Assembly: GCA_902631405.1 (NCBI GenBank)
Contig: CACOYI010000001.1
Span: 83,812 to 147,811, forward strand
Length of the DNA stretch: 64,000 nucleotides
Direction: 5' to 3'
From: K189A clade bacterium
GTDB taxonomy: Bacteria; Pseudomonadota; Gammaproteobacteria; Pseudomonadales; Azotimanducaceae
Both the position numbers and the translations under genes were made by a program. The notes under the pieces are model-generated. The model made no database searches, was not told the DNA's origin, and was given only the letters and a program-made list of their open reading frames with translations. Below, piece by piece: positions 54,539 to 64,000 of this stretch (its first letter is position 1; each line of letters starts with the position of its first letter).

Positions 54539-55918
54539 ATGAAATCGATAAATAAGTCGTTGCTGGAATTGATAGGAAATACTCCTATGTTGAAGTTAAC
54601 CGCTTTCGACACAGGTCCTTGCGAATTATTTGTCAAGCTCGAGAATCAAAATCCTGGCGGATCGATAAAAGATCGCATTGGTTTGTCAATTATCGAGGAA
54701 GCCGAAAAATCGGGTCGGCTTGCTCCGGGAGGCACTATAATCGAAGCTACCGCTGGCAATACCGGAATCGGCCTTGCGTTAGTTGCTGCGATCAAAGGGT
54801 ATAAGCTGATATTAGTGATACCAGATAAGATGAGCCGGGAAAAGATCCTGCATCTGGAAGGCCTTGGGGTGGAAGTTATTATTGCGCGTTCTGACGTCGC
54901 GAAAGGCCACCCTGACCATTACCAAGATATGGCTCAAAGCTTGGCGGAAAGAACTCCGAACTCTTTTCTAGCTAATCAATTTGATAATCCAGCAAATGCG
55001 TTGGCGCACTATACGACCACTGGGCCAGAAATTTGGGAGCAAACGAATGGAAAAGTTGATGCCGTTGTAGCAGGCGTGGGATCTGGAGGAACTGTTGCTG
55101 GACTGGCGAAATTTTTCAAGGAAAAGAGCCCGCACATCGATATAGTCGTGGCAGATCCTGTAGGTTCTATTATGGCTGATGCGGTAAAGACTGGAGAGTA
55201 CGAATATAACGGCGGCTCCTGGTTGGTAGAGGGAATTGGGGAAGACTTTGTTCCGAACAACATTGATCTCAAGCAGTTGGACGACGCGGAAACGGTTCCG
55301 GATAAGGAGGCGTTTGCTATCGTAAAAACTCTGTTAAGAGAAGAGGGTATCCTCGCCGGCTCGTCAAGCGGTACATTAATTGGCGCTGCGGTCAGATGGT
55401 GTCAGAGGCAAACCGAGCCAAAAACGGTGGTTAGTTTCGTCTGCGACACCGGCAATAAGTATCTCTCGAAGGCGTTTAACCCACCGTGGTTGAAGGACAA
55501 CGATTTGGTCTCCAGAGGAGAAGAAAAAGACCTCAGTGATCTTATTAGTAGGCGAGCAGATTTGGGGGAGATGGTATCCGTTAGCGCACAAGACTCGCTT
55601 CTGACGGCTTTCAAGAGAATGCGTAGTGCAGACGTCTCGCAGCTGCCGGTCATGGATGGATGTCATTTGCTGGGACTTATTGATGAGGAGGACGTCTTGT
55701 CTCACGTTTATAAAAACGAGCAGTTGTTTGCGGACCAGATCGAAAAGGTGATGGTTACAGAGCTCGAGACATTGGATGTCCAAGACACAGAGGATAGCTT
55801 GTGTGAGATATTATCACGAGGTAGAGTTGCGATCCTTTATCGGGGAGAAACTTTCCTCGGATTTGTTACTAAGGTAGATCTTATTAATAGATACAAAAGC
55901 ATCTTTGCATCGGTTTAG
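54539..55918 (+). CDS. Cystathionine beta-synthase with C-terminal CBS domains
   Basis: NPGGSIKDR (PLP Lys), EATAGNTG, GVGSGGT, VEGIGEDF, and a CBS pair (VSQLPV). Confidence 0.88.
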   Translation: MKSINKSLLELIGNTPMLKLTAFDTGPCELFVKLENQNPGGSIKDRIGLSIIEEAEKSGRLAPGGTIIEATAGNTGIGLALVAAIKGYKLILVIPDKMSREKILHLEGLGVEVIIARSDVAKGHPDHYQDMAQSLAERTPNSFLANQFDNPANALAHYTTTGPEIWEQTNGKVDAVVAGVGSGGTVAGLAKFFKEKSPHIDIVVADPVGSIMADAVKTGEYEYNGGSWLVEGIGEDFVPNNIDLKQLDDAETVPDKEAFAIVKTLLREEGILAGSSSGTLIGAAVRWCQRQTEPKTVVSFVCDTGNKYLSKAFNPPWLKDNDLVSRGEEKDLSDLISRRADLGEMVSVSAQDSLLTAFKRMRSADVSQLPVMDGCHLLGLIDEEDVLSHVYKNEQLFADQIEKVMVTELETLDVQDTEDSLCEILSRGRVAILYRGETFLGFVTKVDLINRYKSIFASV

Positions 55919-57098
55919 TTCCTTGGCGTCTGAGATCAATAAATCACTCGGGTTCGAGACAAAGGCCATCCATGCCGGTCAGGAGCCAGATCCATCGACT
56001 GGAGCGGTTATCGGTCCAATTTATGCTACCTCAACATATGCTCAAGAGAGTCCAGGCGTTTTCAAAGGCTATGACTATTCACGTTCAGCAAATCCAACCC
56101 GAGAGTCCCTGGAAGAGTGCATGGCGGCTTTGGAATCTGGCTCACGAGGGTTTGCCTTTGCTTCCGGCATGGCTGCAACCGGGACGATCTTGGAACTTTT
56201 GGACTCGGGAAGTCATGTTATCTGTATGGATGACCTCTATGGAGGCACGTATCGTTTGTTCGAAAATGTTCGCAAGAGATCTGCGGGGTTAGAATTTTCA
56301 TTCGTAGATCTGAGTGATCCCCAGCAGTTAACCCACGCTCTTCGAGAAAATACCAAAATGATATGGGTGGAAAGTCCATCAAACCCGTTGTTGAAAATAG
56401 TTGATTTGAATCTCGTGAGCCGTTTTGGGCGAGAGAATGGACTGGTAACGGTTTGTGATAACACGTTTTGCTCGCCTTATATCCAAAAGCCCTTGGATCT
56501 AGGTTTTGACATTGTCACACATTCTGCGACTAAATATCTCAACGGCCACTCTGATGTTGTGGGAGGGGTTACTGTTTGTGCTGAGGGGAGAGACGATCTA
56601 GCCGACCAAATGGCTTACTTGGCTAATGCAGTCGGCTCTATAATGAGTCCCTTTGATAGTTTTCTAGTCCTGAGGAGCCTGAAAACTTTAGCAGTCCGAA
56701 TGGAGCGACACAGTGAGAATGCGATGGTGATCGCTAACTTCCTTAAAACGCACGATGCTGTCCAGAAGGTTTATTATCCCGGCCTATCGGATCATCCGAA
56801 CCATGGTGTTGCTTGTGAGCAAATGAACTCTTTTGGAGGTATGGTGACGGCCGTTTTGAAGCGCGGATTACCGGCTGCTCGTAAGTTTCTTGAAAACACA
56901 GAAATATTTACTTTGGCCGAGAGTTTGGGTGGAGTGGAGAGTTTGATCGAGCACCCAGCAATAATGACGCATGCTTCCGTACCTAAGGAGATGCGCGAAA
57001 AATTGGGAATAGACGATGGTCTGGTGAGACTCTCAGTCGGGATAGAGTCCATTGATGACTTGATCTCTGATGTAGAGAAAGCATTAGAAAACATTTAG
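55905..57098 (+). CDS. Cystathionine gamma-lyase/gamma-synthase (Cys/Met metabolism PLP enzyme)
   Basis: YSRSANPTR, FASGMAA, HSATKYLNGHSD, LAESLGGVESL and RLSVGIE motifs. Confidence 0.92.
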   Translation: MHRFSSLASEINKSLGFETKAIHAGQEPDPSTGAVIGPIYATSTYAQESPGVFKGYDYSRSANPTRESLEECMAALESGSRGFAFASGMAATGTILELLDSGSHVICMDDLYGGTYRLFENVRKRSAGLEFSFVDLSDPQQLTHALRENTKMIWVESPSNPLLKIVDLNLVSRFGRENGLVTVCDNTFCSPYIQKPLDLGFDIVTHSATKYLNGHSDVVGGVTVCAEGRDDLADQMAYLANAVGSIMSPFDSFLVLRSLKTLAVRMERHSENAMVIANFLKTHDAVQKVYYPGLSDHPNHGVACEQMNSFGGMVTAVLKRGLPAARKFLENTEIFTLAESLGGVESLIEHPAIMTHASVPKEMREKLGIDDGLVRLSVGIESIDDLISDVEKALENI

Positions 57099-57109
57099 GC
57101 CCTTCTGAT

Positions 57110-57478
57110 TTGATTTCCCGGTCTTTTTCAAACGAACCCTATTTTAATTTAAAAACAAAAAAGCGAGATGGCCGGCAAGTACCAACGCCTGTTTGGTTTG
57201 TTCTAAGATCGGATGGAACCTATATTGTCTTAGCGAATATCAACTCGGGAAAGGTGAAGCGAATAAGGAACTTTCCTGAAACACAGGCTGCTTTATGCAA
57301 TTGGCGAGGAGCTGTATATGGTCCTTGGGTAGCGTTAACCGCTATTTTGATTGAGCAATCCGACGATTTTTTAAAGCTTTTTCGTTCCAAATATGGACTG
57401 CAATTTCATATTTTCGAGTGGGCCTCTCGTATTTCAGGCAAATATAAGGAGCGACAGTTTATTCAACTGAAAGAATAG
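57110..57478 (+). CDS. PPOX-class split-barrel oxidoreductase, putatively F420-dependent
   Basis: LKTKKRDGRQVPTPVWF and SGKVKRIRN motifs. Confidence 0.8.
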   Translation: MISRSFSNEPYFNLKTKKRDGRQVPTPVWFVLRSDGTYIVLANINSGKVKRIRNFPETQAALCNWRGAVYGPWVALTAILIEQSDDFLKLFRSKYGLQFHIFEWASRISGKYKERQFIQLKE

Positions 57479-57483
57479 TATTG

Positions 57484-57509
57484 AAAAAGGGGGCGTGGCC
57501 CTCTTTTTT
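57484..57509. terminator. Bidirectional intrinsic terminator
   Basis: AAAAAGGGGGC-gtg-GCCCTCTTTTT between convergent genes. Confidence 0.65.
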
Positions 57510-57560
57510 ATTTTGGGTCAATCAAATCAAGGAGTCTTGTTTTATCTCAAGCGTTAGGAC

Positions 57561-58361
57561 TCACGAGATTGATTCCATTATTTTAGCCATACCCTCCCCA
57601 AGTTGCTTAAGAGCACTGGCATAAATAAACCTATCCCACCCAACACAAAAGTGTCTCACGCCGAGGTCAATATAACGGGCTGCTTGTTCAGTTGATCCTA
57701 TTTCGATTCGCGGCGAGATCCCGTACTCCAGGCTCTTCTTAATAACAGTCTGTTCAAAGGGCCTTATTGAGTCAGTCGATCCCATTTTTGGATTACCCCG
57801 AGAAAATCCAAAATCTGCTGGCCCCCACTGTGTCATATCAACATCCTTGTCCTTGGCTTTTTCCAAAATTTCATCGAGGTTTTCATAGGCCGCATTTTTT
57901 TCAATCATTATGGCGAACACTATATTTTTTAGCTCCTCAGCATACTGATCGATATCGTAGTTTTGTAACGCGGGGCGCCTCAGTTTAACGCCCATAGATC
58001 CGTGAATATCTGGGAAATCGGGACGTATGAGTCGATGACACTCCTCGACATCAGCGGCAGACCGAATATCCGTAAATAAGACCGCCTTGAAACCCGCTCC
58101 CAATGCAGCCTGCGACCAGAAACCTTGGCTCTCTTGATCAGGTTTGATCATTAGAGGCAGTCCCCCGCATTGAGCTGATCTAGCGACGTGATAGAGCCGA
58201 TCCATATCAAAGCTTGCATATTCTGCCGCGAATTCGCCGTAATCAAAAAAACCTGAGTCACCAATCATTTCGGGAATGTCCGGGTCGTTGAACATGAAAT
58301 GAGTCCCGATTGTTGGTTTGCCAGCAATTAGTTTTTGTCGAAAGGTATTCGCAATCACCAT
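57561..58361 (-). CDS. HpcH/HpaI aldolase family protein
   Basis: IMIEK..A.ENLDEIL and GPADF motifs. Confidence 0.82.
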   Translation of the reverse strand: MVIANTFRQKLIAGKPTIGTHFMFNDPDIPEMIGDSGFFDYGEFAAEYASFDMDRLYHVARSAQCGGLPLMIKPDQESQGFWSQAALGAGFKAVLFTDIRSAADVEECHRLIRPDFPDIHGSMGVKLRRPALQNYDIDQYAEELKNIVFAIMIEKNAAYENLDEILEKAKDKDVDMTQWGPADFGFSRGNPKMGSTDSIRPFEQTVIKKSLEYGISPRIEIGSTEQAARYIDLGVRHFCVGWDRFIYASALKQLGEGMAKIMESIS

Positions 58362-58451
58362 AGTTTATTTCGCCTCGTTATTGCCACGCTGTGGTTTTTC
58401 TCACACGTGAGCAAGTGTAAGCTAATTTGGGTTTGGGAGTTGTTTTTTGCT

Positions 58452-60002
58452 ATGAAGCGCAGAGATTTCGTTAAAGTCGCATCAGGGTCGCTGTTTAGTC
58501 TGCCTTTTGCCGCTTGTTCAACTGAAAAAACAATCCCCACGCCGATTGTTCAGCTGGATTCAGGAAACATACGAGGATCCTTCATAGATGGTGTTTACCG
58601 CTATCTCGGTATTCCCTACGCGGAACCGCCTTTCGGTGAGAATCGATTCCGGCCCGCCATAACACGAGTTGCCTGGGAAGGAGTTTTTGAAGCGAATCAG
58701 TACGGAGAAATTTGTCCCCAGACAGGGGGTGGCGGTTTAGATGGTGGATTGCGAGAAGGCGAGGATTGTTTAAATTTAAATGTATGGACTCCTGACCCGA
58801 CTGCCAAAGGTTTGCCGATAATGGTATGGGTTCATGGCGGAGGCCAGATCTCCGGTTCGGGTTCTGAGGCGCTCTCGGATGGCACCCATTTCGCGAAAGA
58901 AGGAGTGGTATTTATATCGAATAATCGCAGGTTAGGCGCCGAAGGATATTTATATTTGGAAGAACTTTTCGGAGACGGCATTGGACCGGGAAATTTAGGT
59001 ATTCTTGATCAAATCGAGGTACTTAGATGGGTTCAACGGAACGCGTCAAAGTTCGGAGGAGACCCAAACAATGTAACGCTGTTCGGGATTTCTGGTGGTG
59101 GAGCGGCAATTCAGGCGCTTGTTTCTACCGAAGGCTCCAAAGATCTGGTTCATAAAGTCATTCCTCAAAGTGGCGGACATTCAGCACAAAGAAGGGAGTC
59201 GGCTGGTCAGATTTCTGAGTTTGCCTTGAGGAAGATAGGTATAAAGCCAGGCGATATTGATTCGCTTCAAAAGATACCCTGGCGAATCTTTCCGGAAATA
59301 TATGGGGATATTGAAGCGCAGGGTTTAGGTAGTCCGCAAGCATATCTGCCTATGATTAGCGAGAGTATGCCGATCCATCCGGTTGACGCCACTTATGCCG
59401 GGATCGGTTCGGATATCGATTATTTGACAGGAACTTGTTTGGATGAGGGCAGCCTCTTCAATGCGCTTGGTGTGTCACCTTTTGAGAGTCGCTCGGAACA
59501 GCTATTGACCAAGTTTTCGATCAAAAAAGAAGATCTTTTGCAGAGTTATTTGTCCGCTAGACCCGAACTCAATTTCGAAGAAGCGGCGACCACGATGAGT
59601 GCTGATATGTGGTTCCGTGCTCCGACGATCCGGATTGCAGAGGGTCACACCGCGCGAAGTAAAGCCAGGACATTTATGTACTTATTCACTTGGGAGTCTC
59701 AATTTTTAGGGGCTACTCATGCGATGGATGGTGTGGTCTTCGGTAATGGTGTCCCATTCGGCTTTTTAGCGGGGTTCAACTCTCCCGATAAAGTGAGTCA
59801 ACAGATGAGAAAATCGTGGATAAACTTCGCCAAATATGGCGATCCGTCCTTTGATAGCTTTCGTTGGCCAGAATATGAGCAAACCCACCGATTCACTGCA
59901 TCAATAAACGACAATTTCTCTCTTCTCACAGACCCCTATTCGAAACAGAGGGCGCTTCTCGAGCCAGTCCTGACCGCAAATTGGCTCGATTCCGGACTAT
60001 GA
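58452..60002 (+). CDS. Type-B carboxylesterase, Tat lipoprotein
   Basis: KRRDFV...FAA-C signal; EDCLNLNVWTP, WVHGGG, nucleophile GISGG, Glu in LDEG and His in ATHA. Confidence 0.9.
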   Translation: MKRRDFVKVASGSLFSLPFAACSTEKTIPTPIVQLDSGNIRGSFIDGVYRYLGIPYAEPPFGENRFRPAITRVAWEGVFEANQYGEICPQTGGGGLDGGLREGEDCLNLNVWTPDPTAKGLPIMVWVHGGGQISGSGSEALSDGTHFAKEGVVFISNNRRLGAEGYLYLEELFGDGIGPGNLGILDQIEVLRWVQRNASKFGGDPNNVTLFGISGGGAAIQALVSTEGSKDLVHKVIPQSGGHSAQRRESAGQISEFALRKIGIKPGDIDSLQKIPWRIFPEIYGDIEAQGLGSPQAYLPMISESMPIHPVDATYAGIGSDIDYLTGTCLDEGSLFNALGVSPFESRSEQLLTKFSIKKEDLLQSYLSARPELNFEEAATTMSADMWFRAPTIRIAEGHTARSKARTFMYLFTWESQFLGATHAMDGVVFGNGVPFGFLAGFNSPDKVSQQMRKSWINFAKYGDPSFDSFRWPEYEQTHRFTASINDNFSLLTDPYSKQRALLEPVLTANWLDSGL

Positions 60003-60623
60003 ACCGGGAACGATTAGTGATTTTTCTCTGGGGGCAGACGGCGTATTTAGGAAGGTAACTGCCCAATGTATCAGTATGACTAAAGCTAGATCCCCTGTAG
60101 TCTCGAGTAGTCGGCTAAACCCCATGCCGCCGAGAAATGTAAAAACGCAAGCGGTCAACTTCCATCTAAGTGTTAAATAGTGGATCGTCGCGAAGATCAG
60201 ATTACTCAAGAAGACACCAATCCAAAGCGTCTCCGAGGCCGAGAAGCCTGACGACAGGATAATAGGAAGCGAGAGCCTAAATCCGACCTCTTCTACTATC
60301 GAGATCATGAGCAAATAGGCTATCCACGCGGCTTGGCGAGCATTGAGTTCCCGGCCTGTCAATCGCAGAAACAGAATGATTAGTATTCCCAGTCCCGCAG
60401 TCCACAAAAGATACTTGCTCGGATTGATGAACAAGAAGTTGAGAGAGTTGCTCAGTGCTGGTGGTATTAAGGGAATCAAGAGACAGATCGCCGCGATAGT
60501 CGCCATAGTAAGCCCATGTCTTTTAAGCACTTGCCGAAATCGTGAGATATAACCCTCTCCCGTTAGGCTGGCTCTCTGAAGTCGGCCCGATGGCAGTGGT
60601 GCTTGAGTCTCTTTGCTACTCAT
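59997..60623 (-). CDS. CPBP (CAAX/Abi) family intramembrane metalloprotease
   Basis: EEVGFR (EExxFR), FATIH and a C-terminal His motif in TM segments. Confidence 0.75.
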   Translation of the reverse strand: MSSKETQAPLPSGRLQRASLTGEGYISRFRQVLKRHGLTMATIAAICLLIPLIPPALSNSLNFLFINPSKYLLWTAGLGILIILFLRLTGRELNARQAAWIAYLLMISIVEEVGFRLSLPIILSSGFSASETLWIGVFLSNLIFATIHYLTLRWKLTACVFTFLGGMGFSRLLETTGDLALVILIHWAVTFLNTPSAPREKSLIVPGS

Positions 60624-60776
60624 AATTTACTCTTTTTTAATCCCTCAATTGGTGGGCATCTTGCAAGCGGCCATCCTACCGGTAAAAAGGATTCGCCGCA
60701 TTTTTAGTGCTACCCCGAGAAGATTTTTGGCGTGATAAGCTAAAAGGGCGGAATAACTAACTTGTGTTAATAACAA

Positions 60777-62951
60777 ATGTCGTCCGAAGTAGAAAAAACT
60801 CCCGTCACCATTGATGATGTTGACCCATTTATTGGAATTGATGGACCCGGAGTAACCTTATGTGGTCCTTATCATCCTTTAGGCCTAGTGCGTCTCGGAC
60901 CGGACACAGTCGCGCCGCACAGGACGAATGGATATCGAAGTGACTTCCCTTTACAAGGATTTTCTCATACGCATGTAAGCGGGACTGGTGGAGAAGGACG
61001 TTTCGGAAATGTCAGCCTGACTCCATTTGTCGGCCCTGCAACTTTATCTCCTGGGAGTTTTGAGCGCGTTGATGAGGCGGCAAAACTTGGTCGCTACGAG
61101 GTCACACTCCAGCCTGGTAAGACGAAAGTCTCGCTGACCGCTTCTCCTCGCTGTGGTGTAAGTCGTTTTGTGTTTCCCGCTGGAGAGCAAGCTAACCTGA
61201 TGATTGACGCTTCCGCTGTTCATAAAGTGCATCCGAAGGCCGGTGCCCAGTGTATCGGTGGCTCAATCGAGTGGACCGATGATTTAAGTTTCATGGGATA
61301 TGGTAGTTTTCGCGGTGGATGGGGGCATGAGTATCCCTACCATGTTTTTTTCTACGGAAAGATCGACGCTTCGCCAGATTACTTACTCTTTTCTCAAAAC
61401 GAGATCCGATCCTCACATTCTAACTTTGTTTCGGGGAGCGACTCGAAATGCGTGGCATCGTGGGAGGCTAGGAGTAGAGGCGAGATCGAAGTCGAGGCCC
61501 GTATTGGCATCTCCTTTGTGAGTATTAGTAATGCGAGAGCGAACTTTGAAAACGAGGTTGCTAACGAGAGTTTTGAAACAATAGAGAAGCGAAATCGCCT
61601 TGCGTGGGGAAAATGGTTTGATCGAATTCAAGTATCAGGCGGCAGCGAGGAACAGAGGCGTATATTCGCAACTTTTATTACTCGTCTTCTTTGTATGCCA
61701 TCGGATTTGGGTGTTGACGACGAATATGCTTACTGGAAATCGGGAGTACGACATTTTTCCGAATTTTACGCTTTATGGGATAGCGTGAGGAATGCGAACT
61801 CTCTCATAACTCTTTTTGCGCCGGAACTACAAAGAGATTTTCTGAATTGTCTTTTGGATATAGCGGATAAACGTGGTTGGTTTCCGGATGCATGGATCAC
61901 GGGACATAGCGCGAAAATACAAGGCGGTAGCTCTGCGGACATATTGTTCAACGAAGCTCATCTTAAGGGTTTGGACGGTATAGACTATCAAAAGGCTTTG
62001 GGCTTTATGCGTAAGAACAATGAGGTCATCTCTCCTGATCCTTATCTTTTTGGTCGTTATCTAGAGCACTACAGAGATCTCGGGTTTGTATCAACAGACA
62101 CGATGAATTGTGTTAGCCGCCACTTAGAATATGCCTACCAAGACTGGTGTATTGGATCCCTCGCGGAGAGACTCTCAGATACAGAGACGAGCCAGACTTT
62201 CTATCTGAGTGCCAAAAAAGTTTGGAATCTTTGGAGCGAGGAGTTACAGCATTTTGCTCCAAAGGATAATGCAGGCAAATGGGCGAGTCCTTTTGATATT
62301 AATGTATGTAGAAAAGACTCCTGGAATGACCCTTACTTTTACGAGGGCGTGAGTCGTTCCTGGACTTATAATGTTCAAGCCGATTTCGCAGGTTTAGTCG
62401 CTCGATGCGGTGGCGAGGTTGGCTTCGAGCAACACTTGGATCGTTACTTTGAGGATAAAAAAATTATTGCCAAAGAGACGTTCATGCATATTCCTTATTT
62501 ATACCACTACGCTAACCGGCCAGATAAATCATCAAAAATAGTACGAAGGATCTTGAGTAAAGCTTACAAGCCCGAACGGTTCGGTATTCCCGATAATGAA
62601 GATATGGGCTGCCACAGCGCTTTTTATATCTGTGGGCTACTGGGTCTCTATCCGATGATGGGACAGGACTGGTATTTTCTAGTCGCTCCCGCATTCGAGC
62701 GGTCTGTGATCACGCTAGGGCAATCTGGCGCAGAGTTGATAATTGAGGCGCAAAACCCATCCGATAAAAATGTTTATATCGAAAGCGCAAGTTTAAATGG
62801 GGCTAGGTTGGATCGAGCGTGGATCAGACACGAAGAGATCAAGCATGGCGCTGTTCTATCTTTTTCTCTATCGAGCTCAGTAACAGGTTGGGGTCGTCAT
62901 AACCCACCACCAAGCCCACTCACTAGTCAGGAGGCTTCGCTTTCCGTATAA
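60777..62951 (+). CDS. GH92 family alpha-mannosidase
   Basis: VDPFIG, GFSHTHVSGTG, SRHLEYAYQDW, YEG and DNEDMG motifs. Confidence 0.88.
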   Translation: MSSEVEKTPVTIDDVDPFIGIDGPGVTLCGPYHPLGLVRLGPDTVAPHRTNGYRSDFPLQGFSHTHVSGTGGEGRFGNVSLTPFVGPATLSPGSFERVDEAAKLGRYEVTLQPGKTKVSLTASPRCGVSRFVFPAGEQANLMIDASAVHKVHPKAGAQCIGGSIEWTDDLSFMGYGSFRGGWGHEYPYHVFFYGKIDASPDYLLFSQNEIRSSHSNFVSGSDSKCVASWEARSRGEIEVEARIGISFVSISNARANFENEVANESFETIEKRNRLAWGKWFDRIQVSGGSEEQRRIFATFITRLLCMPSDLGVDDEYAYWKSGVRHFSEFYALWDSVRNANSLITLFAPELQRDFLNCLLDIADKRGWFPDAWITGHSAKIQGGSSADILFNEAHLKGLDGIDYQKALGFMRKNNEVISPDPYLFGRYLEHYRDLGFVSTDTMNCVSRHLEYAYQDWCIGSLAERLSDTETSQTFYLSAKKVWNLWSEELQHFAPKDNAGKWASPFDINVCRKDSWNDPYFYEGVSRSWTYNVQADFAGLVARCGGEVGFEQHLDRYFEDKKIIAKETFMHIPYLYHYANRPDKSSKIVRRILSKAYKPERFGIPDNEDMGCHSAFYICGLLGLYPMMGQDWYFLVAPAFERSVITLGQSGAELIIEAQNPSDKNVYIESASLNGARLDRAWIRHEEIKHGAVLSFSLSSSVTGWGRHNPPPSPLTSQEASLSV

Positions 62952-64000
62952 CCGAGACTCTCTACACGTTCCAAGTGACTTTGCCGATCGATACTATAAA
63001 ACATGATCACGAAAGTTGAGCAGAGAGGTAGAAAAAAGCTGAATGCGATGTGTATCCAGGAAAATGTAACGATAGCCTCAGTTGTTTTTGCCTCATAGGT
63101 GAGACTAGGGTTATCAAAGCCCGAGATTGAGATAATAAGTCCCGCTAGCAAAGTGCCGCCAGCCCCAATTAATTTCTGCATCATGCTGCTTGCTGTTCCC
63201 AATAGAGCTTCGTCACGCCTCCCAGTTTTCACCTGAACTGCTTCGACCAGCTCCATTTGCATTGATGCAACATAAATAAAGCCAAGAGCGGCAAGAGAAG
63301 CCGACGCACAAGCATGGATTAGAAGTGTCCACCACAACATCTCTGTCCCGTTTGCGGGAAAGGTATCAAATGCAAAATAGGGGTCGATTAGGCGCAGGAA
63401 GAGGGGTAGGGGTCCTGTGATGACTGCTAATAGGAAAACGCTAACCGCAATGTGCTTTTTGTTTCTACCGACAGTCAGAGCAGGTGCCGCAAGAGAAATG
63501 GCGATCACAGCAAGCGCCTGAAATGCAGCGAAGCTTGCGATTTCGTTCGGTTGCCACTCCCACAGATATTCGTTGTAGTAGGTACCGGCGCCGGTATCCG
63601 CTCCAACCTGAATCGCGTAAATGCAACCGGCTATGAATAAAATGGCCCAGTTTTTATTGGAGAGTGTTTCTCTTATTTCGTGAAACAGTCTCCGAAGATT
63701 CACGGTCGCAGGCTCCGGTTCGTGTAGATCAGGAATCTTATGATGAGTTCCGAGACTTGTCGCTATTGTGCCGATAAATAACCATAAGCCGCCCCAAAAT
63801 CCGAGCAATTGATATCCGTTGGCATCGCTAAAGCTATCGCCCAATAAATAGGCAGACATGACATAGTGAGAGATTACTGCCCCACCGAACCAGCCGAAGG
63901 CGGAACTGTAACCGGCAAGTGCGTTGCGTTGATCGTAATCCTTGGACAATTCGGGCGCCAGCGCGTTTCTCGGGACTTCATAAAATGTCATTGAGATTCG
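62927..64000 (-). CDS. MFS transporter, glycoside-pentoside-hexuronide (MelB-like) type, N-terminus beyond the window
   Basis: ELSKDYDQR and TGRRDEA motifs with multiple TMs. The frame stays open to the window end. Confidence 0.82.
   Translation of the reverse strand, partial: RISMTFYEVPRNALAPELSKDYDQRNALAGYSSAFGWFGGAVISHYVMSAYLLGDSFSDANGYQLLGFWGGLWLFIGTIATSLGTHHKIPDLHEPEPATVNLRRLFHEIRETLSNKNWAILFIAGCIYAIQVGADTGAGTYYNEYLWEWQPNEIASFAAFQALAVIAISLAAPALTVGRNKKHIAVSVFLLAVITGPLPLFLRLIDPYFAFDTFPANGTEMLWWTLLIHACASASLAALGFIYVASMQMELVEAVQVKTGRRDEALLGTASSMMQKLIGAGGTLLAGLIISISGFDNPSLTYEAKTTEAIVTFSWIHIAFSFFLPLCSTFVIMFYSIDRQSHLERVESLGYTESEAS

Overview
A gene-dense 64 kb chromosomal segment with moderate GC, very short spacers and several overlapping convergent stops. 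Gene style and content suggest a streamlined aquatic or marine Gammaproteobacterium; this is inference only. It is dominated by lipid and acyl-CoA catabolic genes: 2 acyl-CoA dehydrogenases, 4 enoyl-CoA hydratase-like proteins, 2 acyl-CoA ligases, a thiolase, a family III CoA transferase, a Baeyer-Villiger monooxygenase, 3 luciferase-like monooxygenases, SDRs, esterases, a sulfatase, a GH92 and several MFS transporters. Housekeeping genes include thrS, prc, an FKBP, pdxH, a cystathionine beta-synthase/gamma-lyase pair, tRNA-Glu(TTC) and tRNA-Gly(GCC). I saw no CRISPR array, transposase, integrase or rRNA gene. The most interesting signals are: (i) an unannotated ~125-nt minus-strand unit beside tRNA-Gly, with a promoter, a 13-nt perfect Shine-Dalgarno, a 12-codon ORF, competing hairpins and a terminator; (ii) a compact metal-handling operon with no MerA or P-type ATPase, ending in a decayed PepSY-type remnant; (iii) a tandem desulforedoxin-like small protein coupled to an acyl-CoA ligase in an orphan catabolic cluster; (iv) a FusB-type zinc-finger protein; (v) a Tat-lipoprotein carboxylesterase paralogue lacking the catalytic serine; (vi) a SPOR-like/DUF5916 outer-membrane fusion. 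All family calls come from motif recognition by eye; no database searches were run.
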